Origin: Gemmatimonadota bacterium
Lineage (GTDB): Bacteria; Gemmatimonadota; Gemmatimonadetes; Gemmatimonadales; GWC2-71-9
Assembly (NCBI GenBank): GCA_039592335.1
Contig: JBDHBX010000015.1
Coordinates: 26,777-90,776 of the forward strand
Reading direction: 5' to 3'
DNA: 64,000 bases
The first letter of the stretch is position 1. Each line of letters begins with the position of its first letter. Both the position numbers and the translations under genes were made by a program. Under the pieces are notes generated by a model, which did not search any database, was not told where the DNA came from, and saw only the letters and a program-made list of their open reading frames with translations. Shown here one piece after another: positions 37,024 through 47,455 of this stretch.

Positions 37024-37043
37024 CGATATCTCGCGACATATCG
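37024..37043. promoter_or_regulatory. Second inverted repeat CGATAT-CTCGCGAC-ATATCG sharing the ATCTCGCGA core
   Basis: Read directly. ATCTCGCGA occurs at 37006-37014 and again at 37027-37035. Confidence 0.35.
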
Positions 37044-37048
37044 TTCTT

Positions 37049-39001
<1,953 letters not shown>

Positions 39002-39168
39002 GTGTTGCAGCTCGGAGAGGCCTCCGAGGTTGGGCACGGAAGGGCAAGTGTGAAATTGCGGTCCGCGGAACGGCGTCGCAAGCCGATGCCCACAATACGC
39101 CCTCCCCCGGGCCCGACCGCTATCTTTTGAGGAGTCCACCCCGACCCCACCCCCTCAGGATCCGGCCA

Positions 39169-41898
39169 ATGGCACGCAGAGTCCTCGCACTGATCATCCT
39201 GCTGGCGGTCTTGCTCCTCGTCGTGAGCGGCCTGCCGGCGCTCATCCGCCTTGTCGCGGACTGGTACTGGTTCAAAGCCGTCCAATTCGAGTCGGTGTTC
39301 TTCACCGCGCTGTGGACGAAGCTCGGCGTCGGGGTCGTAGTGGGGCTCATCGTGTTCGCCTTCCTGGCCCTCAACCTGCGCCTCACCCAGCGTGGACTGA
39401 TCCCCGACGGGGTGCTCGCCAGCATCAGCACCAGCTTGCCGCGGGTAGACCCCACGCGGCTGCTGCGCATCCTGGTGTGGCCGGTGGCGCTGCTGTTCGG
39501 GCTGCTGTTCGGCGCGGCGGCCTCCGGAGCGTGGCTCACGCTCCTGCAGTTCCGTCACGGGACGCCGTTCGGCGTAGCGGATCCGGTGTTCGGGCGGGAC
39601 GTCAGCTACTACGTGTTCACGCTGCCCGCGATCGCCGTGGTCATCGGGCTGCTGATCACGGTGACGGTGATGGCGCTCGCCCTGACGGCGGGCCTCTACT
39701 TCGTGCGGCGCGACCTGGTGATTCACGGCCGGCGCGTGATGATCGAGCGGACGGCCGAGCTGCATCTCGCCGTGCTGATCGCGCTGCTGTTCGTCGGCAC
39801 TGCCGTGAGCGTTTGGCTCGTGCGCATCCCCTCGCTGCTCTACTCGACGACGGGCCCGTTGCTCGGGGCGAGCTACAGCGACCTGGCCGTGCAGGTCCCG
39901 GTGCTGCGGATCTCGGCCCTGGTGGCGCTGCTCGGGGCGGCGTTCGTGCTCGTCGGGACGCGCAACCGCCACGTCGTGCGCAACACCGCGATCGCCGTGC
40001 TGGCGTACATCGGCGTGGGTATCCTGGGCGCCATCGCCTCGTCGGCGATCCAGCGCCTGATGGTGCTCCCTAACGAGCTGGTGAAGGAAGCCCCACAGCT
40101 CGAGCACCACATCGCTGCCACGCGCAGCGCATGGGGGATCGACGAGGTCACGATCCGCGACCTGACCGGGGAGTCGGGGCTCACGCTCGCCGACATCGAG
40201 GCCAATCGCGGCACCATCGAGAACGTGCGGCTGTGGGACCGGGAGCCGCTGTTGCAGACGTTCGGGCAGCTGCAGGAGATCCGCACCTACTACGACTTCG
40301 TCTCGGTGGACGACGACCGCTACTGGATAGACGGGCAGTACCGCCAGGTGCTGCTCTCGCCGCGGGAGCTGAACACGGCGTCGCTCCCCACGCGCACGTT
40401 CATCAACGAGCGGCTCACCTTCACCCACGGCATGGGGCTCACGCTGAGCCCGGTGAACGCCATCACGCAGCAGGGTCTGCCAGTCCTGTTCATCAAGGAC
40501 CTGCCGCCCGCGTCGGACGTCTCACTCGAGGTCACGCGCCCCGGCATCTACTACGGCGAGATGTCGAGCGACTACGTGTTCGTGAACACGGGACAGGAGG
40601 AGTTCGACTACCCGTCGGACGAGGGGAACGTGTTTTCGAAGTACGAGGGCACGGGCGGCGTGCCGGTGTCGTCGCTGCTACGCCGCGCGATCCTCAGCGC
40701 GCACTTCGGATCCATGAAGATCCTATTCTCGCAGGACATCACGGGCGGAAGCCGCGCGCTGTACCACCGCAACGTCCGGTTGCGGGCGGCCAAGGCGCTC
40801 CCCTTCCTGCGGTGGGACAGCGATCCCTACCTCGTGATCACCGATGCGGGGCAGCTCAAGTGGATCCTGGACGCCTACACCACGAGCGCGCGCTACCCCT
40901 ACTCGCAGCGGCTGAGCGATGGCACCAACTACATGCGCAACAGCGTGAAGGTCGTGATCGACGCGTACGACGGCGATATCAAGGCTTATGTGGCCGATCC
41001 CGACGACCCGCTGATCCAGACGTTTGGCAAGATCTTCGACGGGATCTTTCTGCCGATCGACGAGATGCCCGCTGACGTGCGGGCGCACGTACGCTACCCC
41101 GAAGACCTGTTCAGCGTGCAGACCACGCTGTACACGACATATCACATGAGCGAGCCGGCGGTGTTCTACCACCGGGAGGACCAGTGGCAGATCCCCACGC
41201 TAGCGCGGGGCGAGGAGGGGCGCGACCGCTTCCTGCGGCACATCATCCTGAAGCTGCCGGGGGAGACGCAGGAGGAATACATCATCATGGCGCCGTTCAC
41301 GCCGCGGGGGAAAGACAACCTCTCGGCCTGGATGGTCGCCCGCAACGACGGGGAGCGCTACGGGGAGATCGTGGTGTACCGTTTCCCGCGGCAGAGCCTG
41401 GTGTTCGGGCCGACGCAGGTCGTGAACCGCATCAACCAGGACACCGAGATATCGCGGCAGGTTTCGCTGTGGGATCAGCGCGGCTCACAGGTGATCCGCG
41501 GGAACCTGCTCGTCATACCCATCGAGGAGTCGCTCGTCTTCGTGCAGGCGCTCTACCTGCGCGCGGAGGGCGGGCGCATTCCCGAACTCAAGCGCGTGAT
41601 CGTGGCGTACGAGAACCAGGTGGTAATGGAGGAGACGCTGGAGCGGGGACTCGCGCGGCTGTTCGGCGGGATGCCGGCCGGCGAGATTCGACCCGCCCTG
41701 CCGGTCGCGGCCGCCGCTGCGACTCCAGAAGCTGCGCCCGCGACGGCCAGCGTCGCAGAGCTGATCCAGCAGGCCGGGCAGCACTACGAGGCTGCCATAC
41801 AGGCGCAGCGCCAGGGCGACTGGACGCGCTACGGAGAGGAGATGCGCATGGTGGGCGAGCTGCTCAGGCGGTTGGAGGAGGTGGCGGGAGGGGGGTAG
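39169..41898 (+). CDS. UPF0182 family large membrane protein
   Basis: Trimmed to ATG 39169. N-terminus MARRVLALIILLAVLLLVV...LVADWYWFKAVQFESVFFT, multiple TM segments and a large C-terminal soluble part, as in UPF0182. Confidence 0.8.
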   Translation: MARRVLALIILLAVLLLVVSGLPALIRLVADWYWFKAVQFESVFFTALWTKLGVGVVVGLIVFAFLALNLRLTQRGLIPDGVLASISTSLPRVDPTRLLRILVWPVALLFGLLFGAAASGAWLTLLQFRHGTPFGVADPVFGRDVSYYVFTLPAIAVVIGLLITVTVMALALTAGLYFVRRDLVIHGRRVMIERTAELHLAVLIALLFVGTAVSVWLVRIPSLLYSTTGPLLGASYSDLAVQVPVLRISALVALLGAAFVLVGTRNRHVVRNTAIAVLAYIGVGILGAIASSAIQRLMVLPNELVKEAPQLEHHIAATRSAWGIDEVTIRDLTGESGLTLADIEANRGTIENVRLWDREPLLQTFGQLQEIRTYYDFVSVDDDRYWIDGQYRQVLLSPRELNTASLPTRTFINERLTFTHGMGLTLSPVNAITQQGLPVLFIKDLPPASDVSLEVTRPGIYYGEMSSDYVFVNTGQEEFDYPSDEGNVFSKYEGTGGVPVSSLLRRAILSAHFGSMKILFSQDITGGSRALYHRNVRLRAAKALPFLRWDSDPYLVITDAGQLKWILDAYTTSARYPYSQRLSDGTNYMRNSVKVVIDAYDGDIKAYVADPDDPLIQTFGKIFDGIFLPIDEMPADVRAHVRYPEDLFSVQTTLYTTYHMSEPAVFYHREDQWQIPTLARGEEGRDRFLRHIILKLPGETQEEYIIMAPFTPRGKDNLSAWMVARNDGERYGEIVVYRFPRQSLVFGPTQVVNRINQDTEISRQVSLWDQRGSQVIRGNLLVIPIEESLVFVQALYLRAEGGRIPELKRVIVAYENQVVMEETLERGLARLFGGMPAGEIRPALPVAAAAATPEAAPATASVAELIQQAGQHYEAAIQAQRQGDWTRYGEEMRMVGELLRRLEEVAGGG

Positions 41899-41959
41899 GA
41901 GAAATGGCCGCCATCGGCCCACTTCCCCTTCGACTCCCCGCGGCGCGGGCGGGGGATTC

Positions 41960-42667
41960 CTAGTTGGCCAGGCGTTGGAGGTAGCGCTCGAGGCGACCTT
42001 GGGGGGCGTGCGCCGCCGGTCCCAGGTAGTCCGCCGACGCAGCCTGCAGGCTGTCCCGCAACAGCTCGATCCGCTCGGCGGCCCGGCGGTAGAGCACGGA
42101 TAGCGCGAGGCTGTATCCCTCGACCAGGCGGGCCGTCTCCGACAGCATCGTCGCTCCAAAGTCGAGGTAGGCCCGGATCATCCCTCTCCCACCACGTCGT
42201 TCGACGTGCTGCGGAAAGCAGCCACTCCACCACAGGGCCAGTGCCCCACAGCGCGACGCTCGCTCGGCACGCACCCTGCTGCCCGCCGGGAGCCCGACCA
42301 CCGCCCGCCACCACGCCGCGATACCGCGCTCCCCCGTGCGTCCCACCTCGGTCGCCGTGGTGCGCAGGAACGCCAGGGGTATGCTGGCCGTGAAGTCGGC
42401 CAGCGGGATGTCTTGCTCGCCCCGGGCGCGCAACTCGGCCCGCACCGGCACGTACCACAGCAGCGTCAGCGGCAGTGCCGCCGGCGCTCCGCCGTAGCCG
42501 CGCACGGCCTCCAGGGCCTCCCGCGCATCCAGCAGTTCGTGCACCGCACCCGCCTCCAGGGCGCGGGCCGCACTGCGGCCCGCCTCGGCGTCGCCCCGGT
42601 GGATGGCGGCCACCAGTCGCGTGAGGTCCTCGCGTCTCAGCGAGCGATGCACGGTCGGTTGAATCAT
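41960..42667 (-). CDS. Hypothetical protein
   Basis: 235-aa ORF, Ala/Arg/Leu-rich and helical-looking. No family recognised. Confidence 0.4.
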   Translation of the reverse strand: MIQPTVHRSLRREDLTRLVAAIHRGDAEAGRSAARALEAGAVHELLDAREALEAVRGYGGAPAALPLTLLWYVPVRAELRARGEQDIPLADFTASIPLAFLRTTATEVGRTGERGIAAWWRAVVGLPAGSRVRAERASRCGALALWWSGCFPQHVERRGGRGMIRAYLDFGATMLSETARLVEGYSLALSVLYRRAAERIELLRDSLQAASADYLGPAAHAPQGRLERYLQRLAN

Positions 42668-42967
42668 CTACACTCCTCTCGCCCGTAAGCGCCGGATGCG
42701 CTGCGGGCCTCTCTTACTAGAGTCGCGATGAAACCACCGAGAAGAAGTGACTGGTGTCACCCGCAACGTGGTGTGGGCCACGTCACGTTGTTCACGTCAA
42801 GCACCGTTGCCGTCGTTGACCATTACCCAAGATTGGGCTGCACGCACGGCTCGAGGAACCAGAGGCCGTGGCTGCGGGCACTGGCTCCAACGGCTGCCCC
42901 TCCCGCCCTGTCTGGCCCCCGCGACCCCCGCCTCATACCTTGCACCAGACCCAACCGAGATCGCTCA

Positions 42968-44914
42968 GTGACCGACCTTCTGGACCGCCTCAAGACTGCG
43001 CTCGCCGACCGCTACCGCCTCAAGCGGGAGCTGGGTGGCGGTGGGATTGCGGTGGTGTATCTCGCCCACGACCAGCGGCTCGACCGCCCCGCCCTTCCCA
43101 AGGTGATCCGTCCCGACCTGGCCGCGTCCCTTGAGGCCGAGCGGTTTCTCCGGGAGGTAGAGGCAGCGGCGAAGCTGACGCATCCCAACATCCTCGCCCC
43201 GTACGACTGCGGGAATGCGGGCGGTCTGCTCTACTACGTCATGCCGTTCGTGAAGGGCGAGCCGCTGCGTCGGCGGCTGGGGCGGGAGCCCCGGCTGTCC
43301 ATCGAGGAGGCCCTAGAGATCGCGCGCCAGGTGGCGGCGGCGCTGGACCACGCGCACCGCCAAGGGATCGTGCATCGCGACATCAGGCCCGAGAACATCC
43401 TGCTGCCGGAGGGCCGGGCGATGGTGACCGAGTTCGGGATCGTTCGGGCCCTGAGGCTGGCAGCGGGAGCGCGACTCACCGAGACCGGCGTCTCGAGGAG
43501 CAAGCCCTACTACATGAGTCCGGAGCAGGTGTTGGGCGACGAGGTCGATGCGCGCTCGGACCTGTACTCGCTCGGCGCAACGCTGTTCGAGGTGGTGACG
43601 GGCGAGAAACCGTTCGAGGGAGAGACAGCCCAGCAGATCGTGGCGCAGCATCTTGCGAATCCGGTGCGCGAGCCCCGGGAATTGGCGCCCAACGTTCCAG
43701 CTTGGGTGTCCGGTGTGATCGTGCGCTGCCTCCAGAAGGCGCCAGAGGATCGGCTTCAGAGTGCCGCCGAGATGTTGGAGGCGCTCGATGCCGGGGCAGC
43801 GGCGCCGGAATCCTCCGCTGCAGGACCGGCAGCGGCGGACGAGCTCGGGGCTCTCGAGGTCGTCCAGGGAGCCGGCTGGGACTTCGACGAGCTGGTCACA
43901 CCCGAGGTGAAACCACCACCGCAGCCCGTCTATGACGTCGATGCCGTCGAGGAAAGCCCGCGCGCGCCGGAGCCCGCACCTCCAACAGCGGGGCCGATCA
44001 CGACGGGCGGCGACCTGGTATCGGGAGCCTGGTTCGACACGGATCAAGCAGAGTCCATGGTGACGCCGGCGCCCGAGCCGGTGGTCGAGAGAGCCGAGCC
44101 ATCGGAACTTGTGATTCTGGGCGATGAGGCTGAATCGGATGTCGCGGCTTGGACAGGTGATGTAGCTGAAACAGAGGCGCCCACCAAGGCCAAACTGGTC
44201 GCGAAGGCCTCCCGGGTCCCGCCATGGCTGAGGCAACTCTACGACTGGGGCCCGGAGCTGCTGGTGCGGCTCGCTCGGCAGCGCGAGACGTGGTACTTCG
44301 CCGCGAAGGGCATCGGAGTGGTTCTCGGGGTGGTGCTCCTTTCGCTAGCCGTGAAGAGCGTCTTCTTTCGCCCGTCCACCGTGCACTACCAGTTCATCAG
44401 CAACGAACTCGTGGAGCCCGTCGACATATTGATGGACGGGCAGACGGTGCACAGACTCGAGCCCGGGCTACGAGACTCTGTGATTCTGCCGAGGGATCGA
44501 CCGGTCGGGGTATCGTGGCGGCTCGTCCGCCCACGGCAGGGCAGCCAGGAAATGGGTGAGGAGTTCGAGGTGTTGTTGTCGAGCGGAGCGGGACGGCGCG
44601 AGGACGCACGCTGGACGATCACGGGCGTCACTCTCGATCGAGCCATGTTCGCACCGCGGATCACGAACCGCACCGACCGCGACCTCGTGGCACTGATCAA
44701 CCGTGGGACGTCAGCAGAACAGCGGTGCAACTGTGTCATCCCGGCCGCCAGCGAAGACGTGCACATCGGGTATTATCCGCTGCTCGAGAACTCGACGATT
44801 CGGTTCTTCGACGCGCAGCGGGCCTATCGCGGACAGTTTCAGGAAATCGGCGACATCTCCGCGCGAGTAGATACGCTCTCGGGTTCGGTCGGCGTCACCA
44901 TCGAGAGGTTCTAG
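42968..44914 (+). CDS. Degenerate Hanks-type kinase (probable pseudokinase) with TM and C-terminal extracytoplasmic domain
   Basis: The GTG 42968 start gives VTDLLDRLKTALADRYRLKRELGGGGIAVVY, parallel to the other kinases here. It has ALPKVI for VAIKVL, HRDIRPEN for HRDIKPEN and TEFGIV for xDFGIA. Confidence 0.75.
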   Translation: MTDLLDRLKTALADRYRLKRELGGGGIAVVYLAHDQRLDRPALPKVIRPDLAASLEAERFLREVEAAAKLTHPNILAPYDCGNAGGLLYYVMPFVKGEPLRRRLGREPRLSIEEALEIARQVAAALDHAHRQGIVHRDIRPENILLPEGRAMVTEFGIVRALRLAAGARLTETGVSRSKPYYMSPEQVLGDEVDARSDLYSLGATLFEVVTGEKPFEGETAQQIVAQHLANPVREPRELAPNVPAWVSGVIVRCLQKAPEDRLQSAAEMLEALDAGAAAPESSAAGPAAADELGALEVVQGAGWDFDELVTPEVKPPPQPVYDVDAVEESPRAPEPAPPTAGPITTGGDLVSGAWFDTDQAESMVTPAPEPVVERAEPSELVILGDEAESDVAAWTGDVAETEAPTKAKLVAKASRVPPWLRQLYDWGPELLVRLARQRETWYFAAKGIGVVLGVVLLSLAVKSVFFRPSTVHYQFISNELVEPVDILMDGQTVHRLEPGLRDSVILPRDRPVGVSWRLVRPRQGSQEMGEEFEVLLSSGAGRREDARWTITGVTLDRAMFAPRITNRTDRDLVALINRGTSAEQRCNCVIPAASEDVHIGYYPLLENSTIRFFDAQRAYRGQFQEIGDISARVDTLSGSVGVTIERF

Positions 44915-45030
44915 CTTCGCCCATACTCAGGGCAGCGACTTGACCGCAAGAGGTGACTGCTCTATTGGTCTGTGAGGTCGGACGCCCCGCATGCGCGGGG
45001 CGCTACACGGAAAGGGGCACCTAACTCCTC

Positions 45031-45594
45031 ATGCACGTCATCCTGCTCGGACCTCCCGGATCCGGCACGGGCACACAGGGGACGATCCTCGCCCAGCGGC
45101 TCGGCGTTCCCAAGATCACGACCGGCGATCTCCTGCGCGACGCCGTCCAGGCGGACACCCCGCTGGGCCGCGATGCAAAGCGGTCCATGGATCGGGGAGA
45201 GTTGGTGTCAAACAAGATCATCTTGAGCCTCATCAAGGAGCAGGTGACGTCCCCGGCGGCCGCACGGGGGATCGTCATGGACAGCTTCCCGCGCACCGTC
45301 CGACAAGCGGAGGCTGTGAACGTCATGCTGATGGAGCAGGGGGAGCGGCTAAAGCGGGTCCTGCTGTTCGATGTGCCGGAGGAGGAACTCCTTCGACGCT
45401 TGGTCACCAGGGCGTCCGCGGACGGGCGCAGCGACGCCACGCCCGATGCGATTCAACGCAGGCTCGAGGCGTACCGGGAGTCCACGGCGCCGCTGGTCGG
45501 GTATTACCGCGAGATGGAGATCTTGACGATCGTCAGCGGCACCGGCACCGAGGAGGAGATCGCCGAGCGGGTGAAGGAGGTGTTGGGGGCCTGA
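45031..45594 (+). CDS. adk: Adenylate kinase family protein, short-LID type, with P-loop Lys replaced by Thr
   Basis: MHVILLGPPGSGTGTQG..ITTGDLLR..MDSFPRT..GRSDATPDAIQRRLEAY..APLVGYY. Codon 13 is ACG (45067-45069), where GxPGxGKGT normally has Lys. Confidence 0.75.
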   Translation: MHVILLGPPGSGTGTQGTILAQRLGVPKITTGDLLRDAVQADTPLGRDAKRSMDRGELVSNKIILSLIKEQVTSPAAARGIVMDSFPRTVRQAEAVNVMLMEQGERLKRVLLFDVPEEELLRRLVTRASADGRSDATPDAIQRRLEAYRESTAPLVGYYREMEILTIVSGTGTEEEIAERVKEVLGA

Positions 45595-45603
45595 GGCCTT
45601 GCC

Positions 45604-45626
45604 GCGCCCGGCGCGAGACCGGGCGC
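45604..45626 (+). terminator. Hairpin after the adk-like gene
   Basis: GCGCCCGG-CGCGAGA-CCGGGCGC, a perfect 8-bp stem with no clear T-tract. Confidence 0.35.
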
Positions 45627-45766
45627 ATCACCCGCCGTCGTCGTAGACGAAATTCAACATCACAATGCCGAATATGCCCACCACCAAGAGAGCACCCCCT
45701 GCGTGCTCCGGGTGGGCGTCGCCGCCCTTGCTCGCGGTAAGGCAAAACGGAGAGTGGAGGCTTCCA

Positions 45767-45955
45767 ATGAGGCAAGAGTACGCATCAGTCGCCTACGTCA
45801 ACTTTCTCTTCGGCATCTTCTGTGCGTATTGGGCACAGGTTACTGGCCGCAGCGCCTGGCTCTGGTTCTTCATGGGCCTGCTGTTTGGCCCGATCACGGG
45901 CATCGTTCTGGCATCGAAGAACTCCGACGATCTGAAGCGGTCGAGGGCTGCCTGA
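45767..45955 (+). CDS. Small two-TM membrane protein
   Basis: ATG 45767 follows GGAGAGTGGAGG. 62 aa with YVNFLFGIFCAYWAQV and WLWFFMGLLFGPITGIVLA. Confidence 0.4.
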   Translation: MRQEYASVAYVNFLFGIFCAYWAQVTGRSAWLWFFMGLLFGPITGIVLASKNSDDLKRSRAA

Positions 45956-46045
45956 TCGGTTTCGCAGCCTTGCAGCACCGTGGCTCCCCTGACATGCTAG
46001 AGTTGGGACAGCTAACGGGATGCAGGTAGGACGGGAGCCCATTCG

Positions 46046-47029
46046 ATGCCAGCCAACCTCACACCGGCGTACAGGGAGGCCGAGGCCAAGTTCCGCAGCG
46101 CGGTGACGCGGGAGGAAAGAATCGCGTGCCTGGAGGAGATGCTCCGGGTGATCCCCAAGCACAAAGGGACGGACAAGCTCCAGGCCGATCTGCGCTCCCG
46201 CCTGTCGAAGCTCAAGCGCGAACCGAAGAAGAAGGGCGCCGCCCGGAGAGACAGTCACCGAGTTCCGAGAGAGGGAGCCGGGCAGGTGGTGCTGGTGGGT
46301 CCCCCAAACGCCGGGAAGTCGAGTCTCGTGGCCTCCCTCACGCATGCCAAGCCCGAGGTCGCCAGCTACCCCCTCACCACTCGGGAAGCCACCCCGGGGA
46401 TGATGCCCTTCGAGGACATCGCCTTCCAGCTCGTGGATCTACCCGCGCTGTGCGAGGAGCACGTAGAGCCCTGGGTCTACGATCTGGTGCGCGCCGGGGA
46501 TCTGGTGTGGCTCGTGGTCTCCATCGAGCACCCGCTCGTCGGCCTCGACCTTGAAATGGAGCTTCTGGCGCAGAAGGCCATCACGCTCTATCCAGCGGGG
46601 ACCGGTGCGCCAACGGAGACGCGGCCGGGATGGCTCCATAAACCCACCTTGCTGGTCGTCACCGGAATGGACCGAGACGGCTCGGAGGGGGATCTGGCGG
46701 CGCTCGAGGAGTTGCTGGAGATCCCGTGGCCCACGGTGCCCGTGTGTTCCGTTGCGGGCACGGGGTTGGAGGAGTTGGCAAAACGCACCTTCGAGGCTCT
46801 GGAGATCATCCGGATCTACGCCAAGGAGCCCAAGAAGGACGCGGACCGCGACCGACCCTTCACCCTGAGGAAGGGCGCCACCGTCGGGGACTTGGCCCGG
46901 ACCATCCACAAGGACATCGCCGACGGATTCAAGTTCGCCCGCGTGTGGGGACCCAGCGCGTTTGACGGTCAGTCGGTGAAGGCGGCGCACGTCCTGGAGG
47001 AAGGGGACGTGGTGGAGATCCACTGGTGA
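46046..47029 (+). CDS. DRG/Rbg-like Obg-family GTPase with C-terminal TGS domain; deviant G3 and G4
   Basis: G1 GPPNAGKSSL and G2 YPLTT. G3 reads DLPA, not DxPG. G4 reads TGMD, not NKxD. TGS region: RIYAKEPKK..PFTLRKGATVGDLARTIHKDIADGFKFARVWG. Confidence 0.75.
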   Translation: MPANLTPAYREAEAKFRSAVTREERIACLEEMLRVIPKHKGTDKLQADLRSRLSKLKREPKKKGAARRDSHRVPREGAGQVVLVGPPNAGKSSLVASLTHAKPEVASYPLTTREATPGMMPFEDIAFQLVDLPALCEEHVEPWVYDLVRAGDLVWLVVSIEHPLVGLDLEMELLAQKAITLYPAGTGAPTETRPGWLHKPTLLVVTGMDRDGSEGDLAALEELLEIPWPTVPVCSVAGTGLEELAKRTFEALEIIRIYAKEPKKDADRDRPFTLRKGATVGDLARTIHKDIADGFKFARVWGPSAFDGQSVKAAHVLEEGDVVEIHW

Positions 47030-47141
47030 GGCTCAGCCGATCGTCTTCTCCGGGGGCGGGAGCTCACCAAGGTAGAGCAATTCCAGTATCGAGCCGATTT
47101 CGGGAATCATGAAGTAGGCGAACTCGGCCGCGTCAGGCCCG

Positions 47142-47420
47142 CTATCGAAACATCTCCGGGTTTATCTCCAGGGAGATCTCGGAGATCCTGTCCGCCGGCA
47201 GTCCGGCTCGCTGGGCGTGCTCTCGAATGGCCTCTGGGTTGGGAGCGTCGTACTCGCAGTAGATCTTGCCCTCGGCCTCGGAGACGTAGCTTCTGACCCA
47301 GACGACGCCGGTCATCCCGGCGAGCACTTCGTTGGATTTCCGACCCGCGCCTGCGAGCTGCTCCGGGGTGAGCGAACCGACGTCGCGCTCGATGATGTAT
47401 CTAGGCACTCGTTCCTCCAA
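47142..47420 (-). CDS. DUF4242 family small protein
   Basis: 92 aa with RYIIERDVG..., VVWVRSYVSEAEGKIYCEYDAPNPEAIREHAQRAGLPADRI. Confidence 0.7.
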   Translation of the reverse strand: MEERVPRYIIERDVGSLTPEQLAGAGRKSNEVLAGMTGVVWVRSYVSEAEGKIYCEYDAPNPEAIREHAQRAGLPADRISEISLEINPEMFR

Positions 47421-47455
47421 TCAGCGGCTGTGGTTCGCGGTACTGCCGGTCGGCG

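Noticed and set aside
36995-37045. Run of restriction-site palindromes (TCGCGA, AGATCT, GAATTC, GATATC, TCGCGA) resembling a synthetic polylinker.
   Set aside because: No vector features flank it, and it lies in ordinary chromosomal context. The sites are by-products of two dyad-symmetric elements that share ATCTCGCGA. I report it as a regulatory or terminator candidate instead.
39030-39048. Sigma-54 promoter look-alike TTGGGCACGGAAGGGCAAG between the AAA+ regulator and UPF0182. A second candidate, TATGGGCGATCTTGCC, lies upstream of the DUF442 gene.
   Set aside because: The GG-to-GC spacing is one or two bases shorter than the TGGCAC-N5-TTGC consensus. The adjacent regulator also lacks GAFTGA.
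47037-47141. 25-codon ORF (MIPEIGSILELLYLGELPPPEKTIG) downstream of DUF4242 on the minus strand. I also noted a short hydrophobic frame (…GALLVVGIFGIVMLNFVYDDGG) antisense at about 45628-45700.
   Set aside because: Neither has an RBS, and one lacks a start codon. They are too short to support without conservation or expression data.
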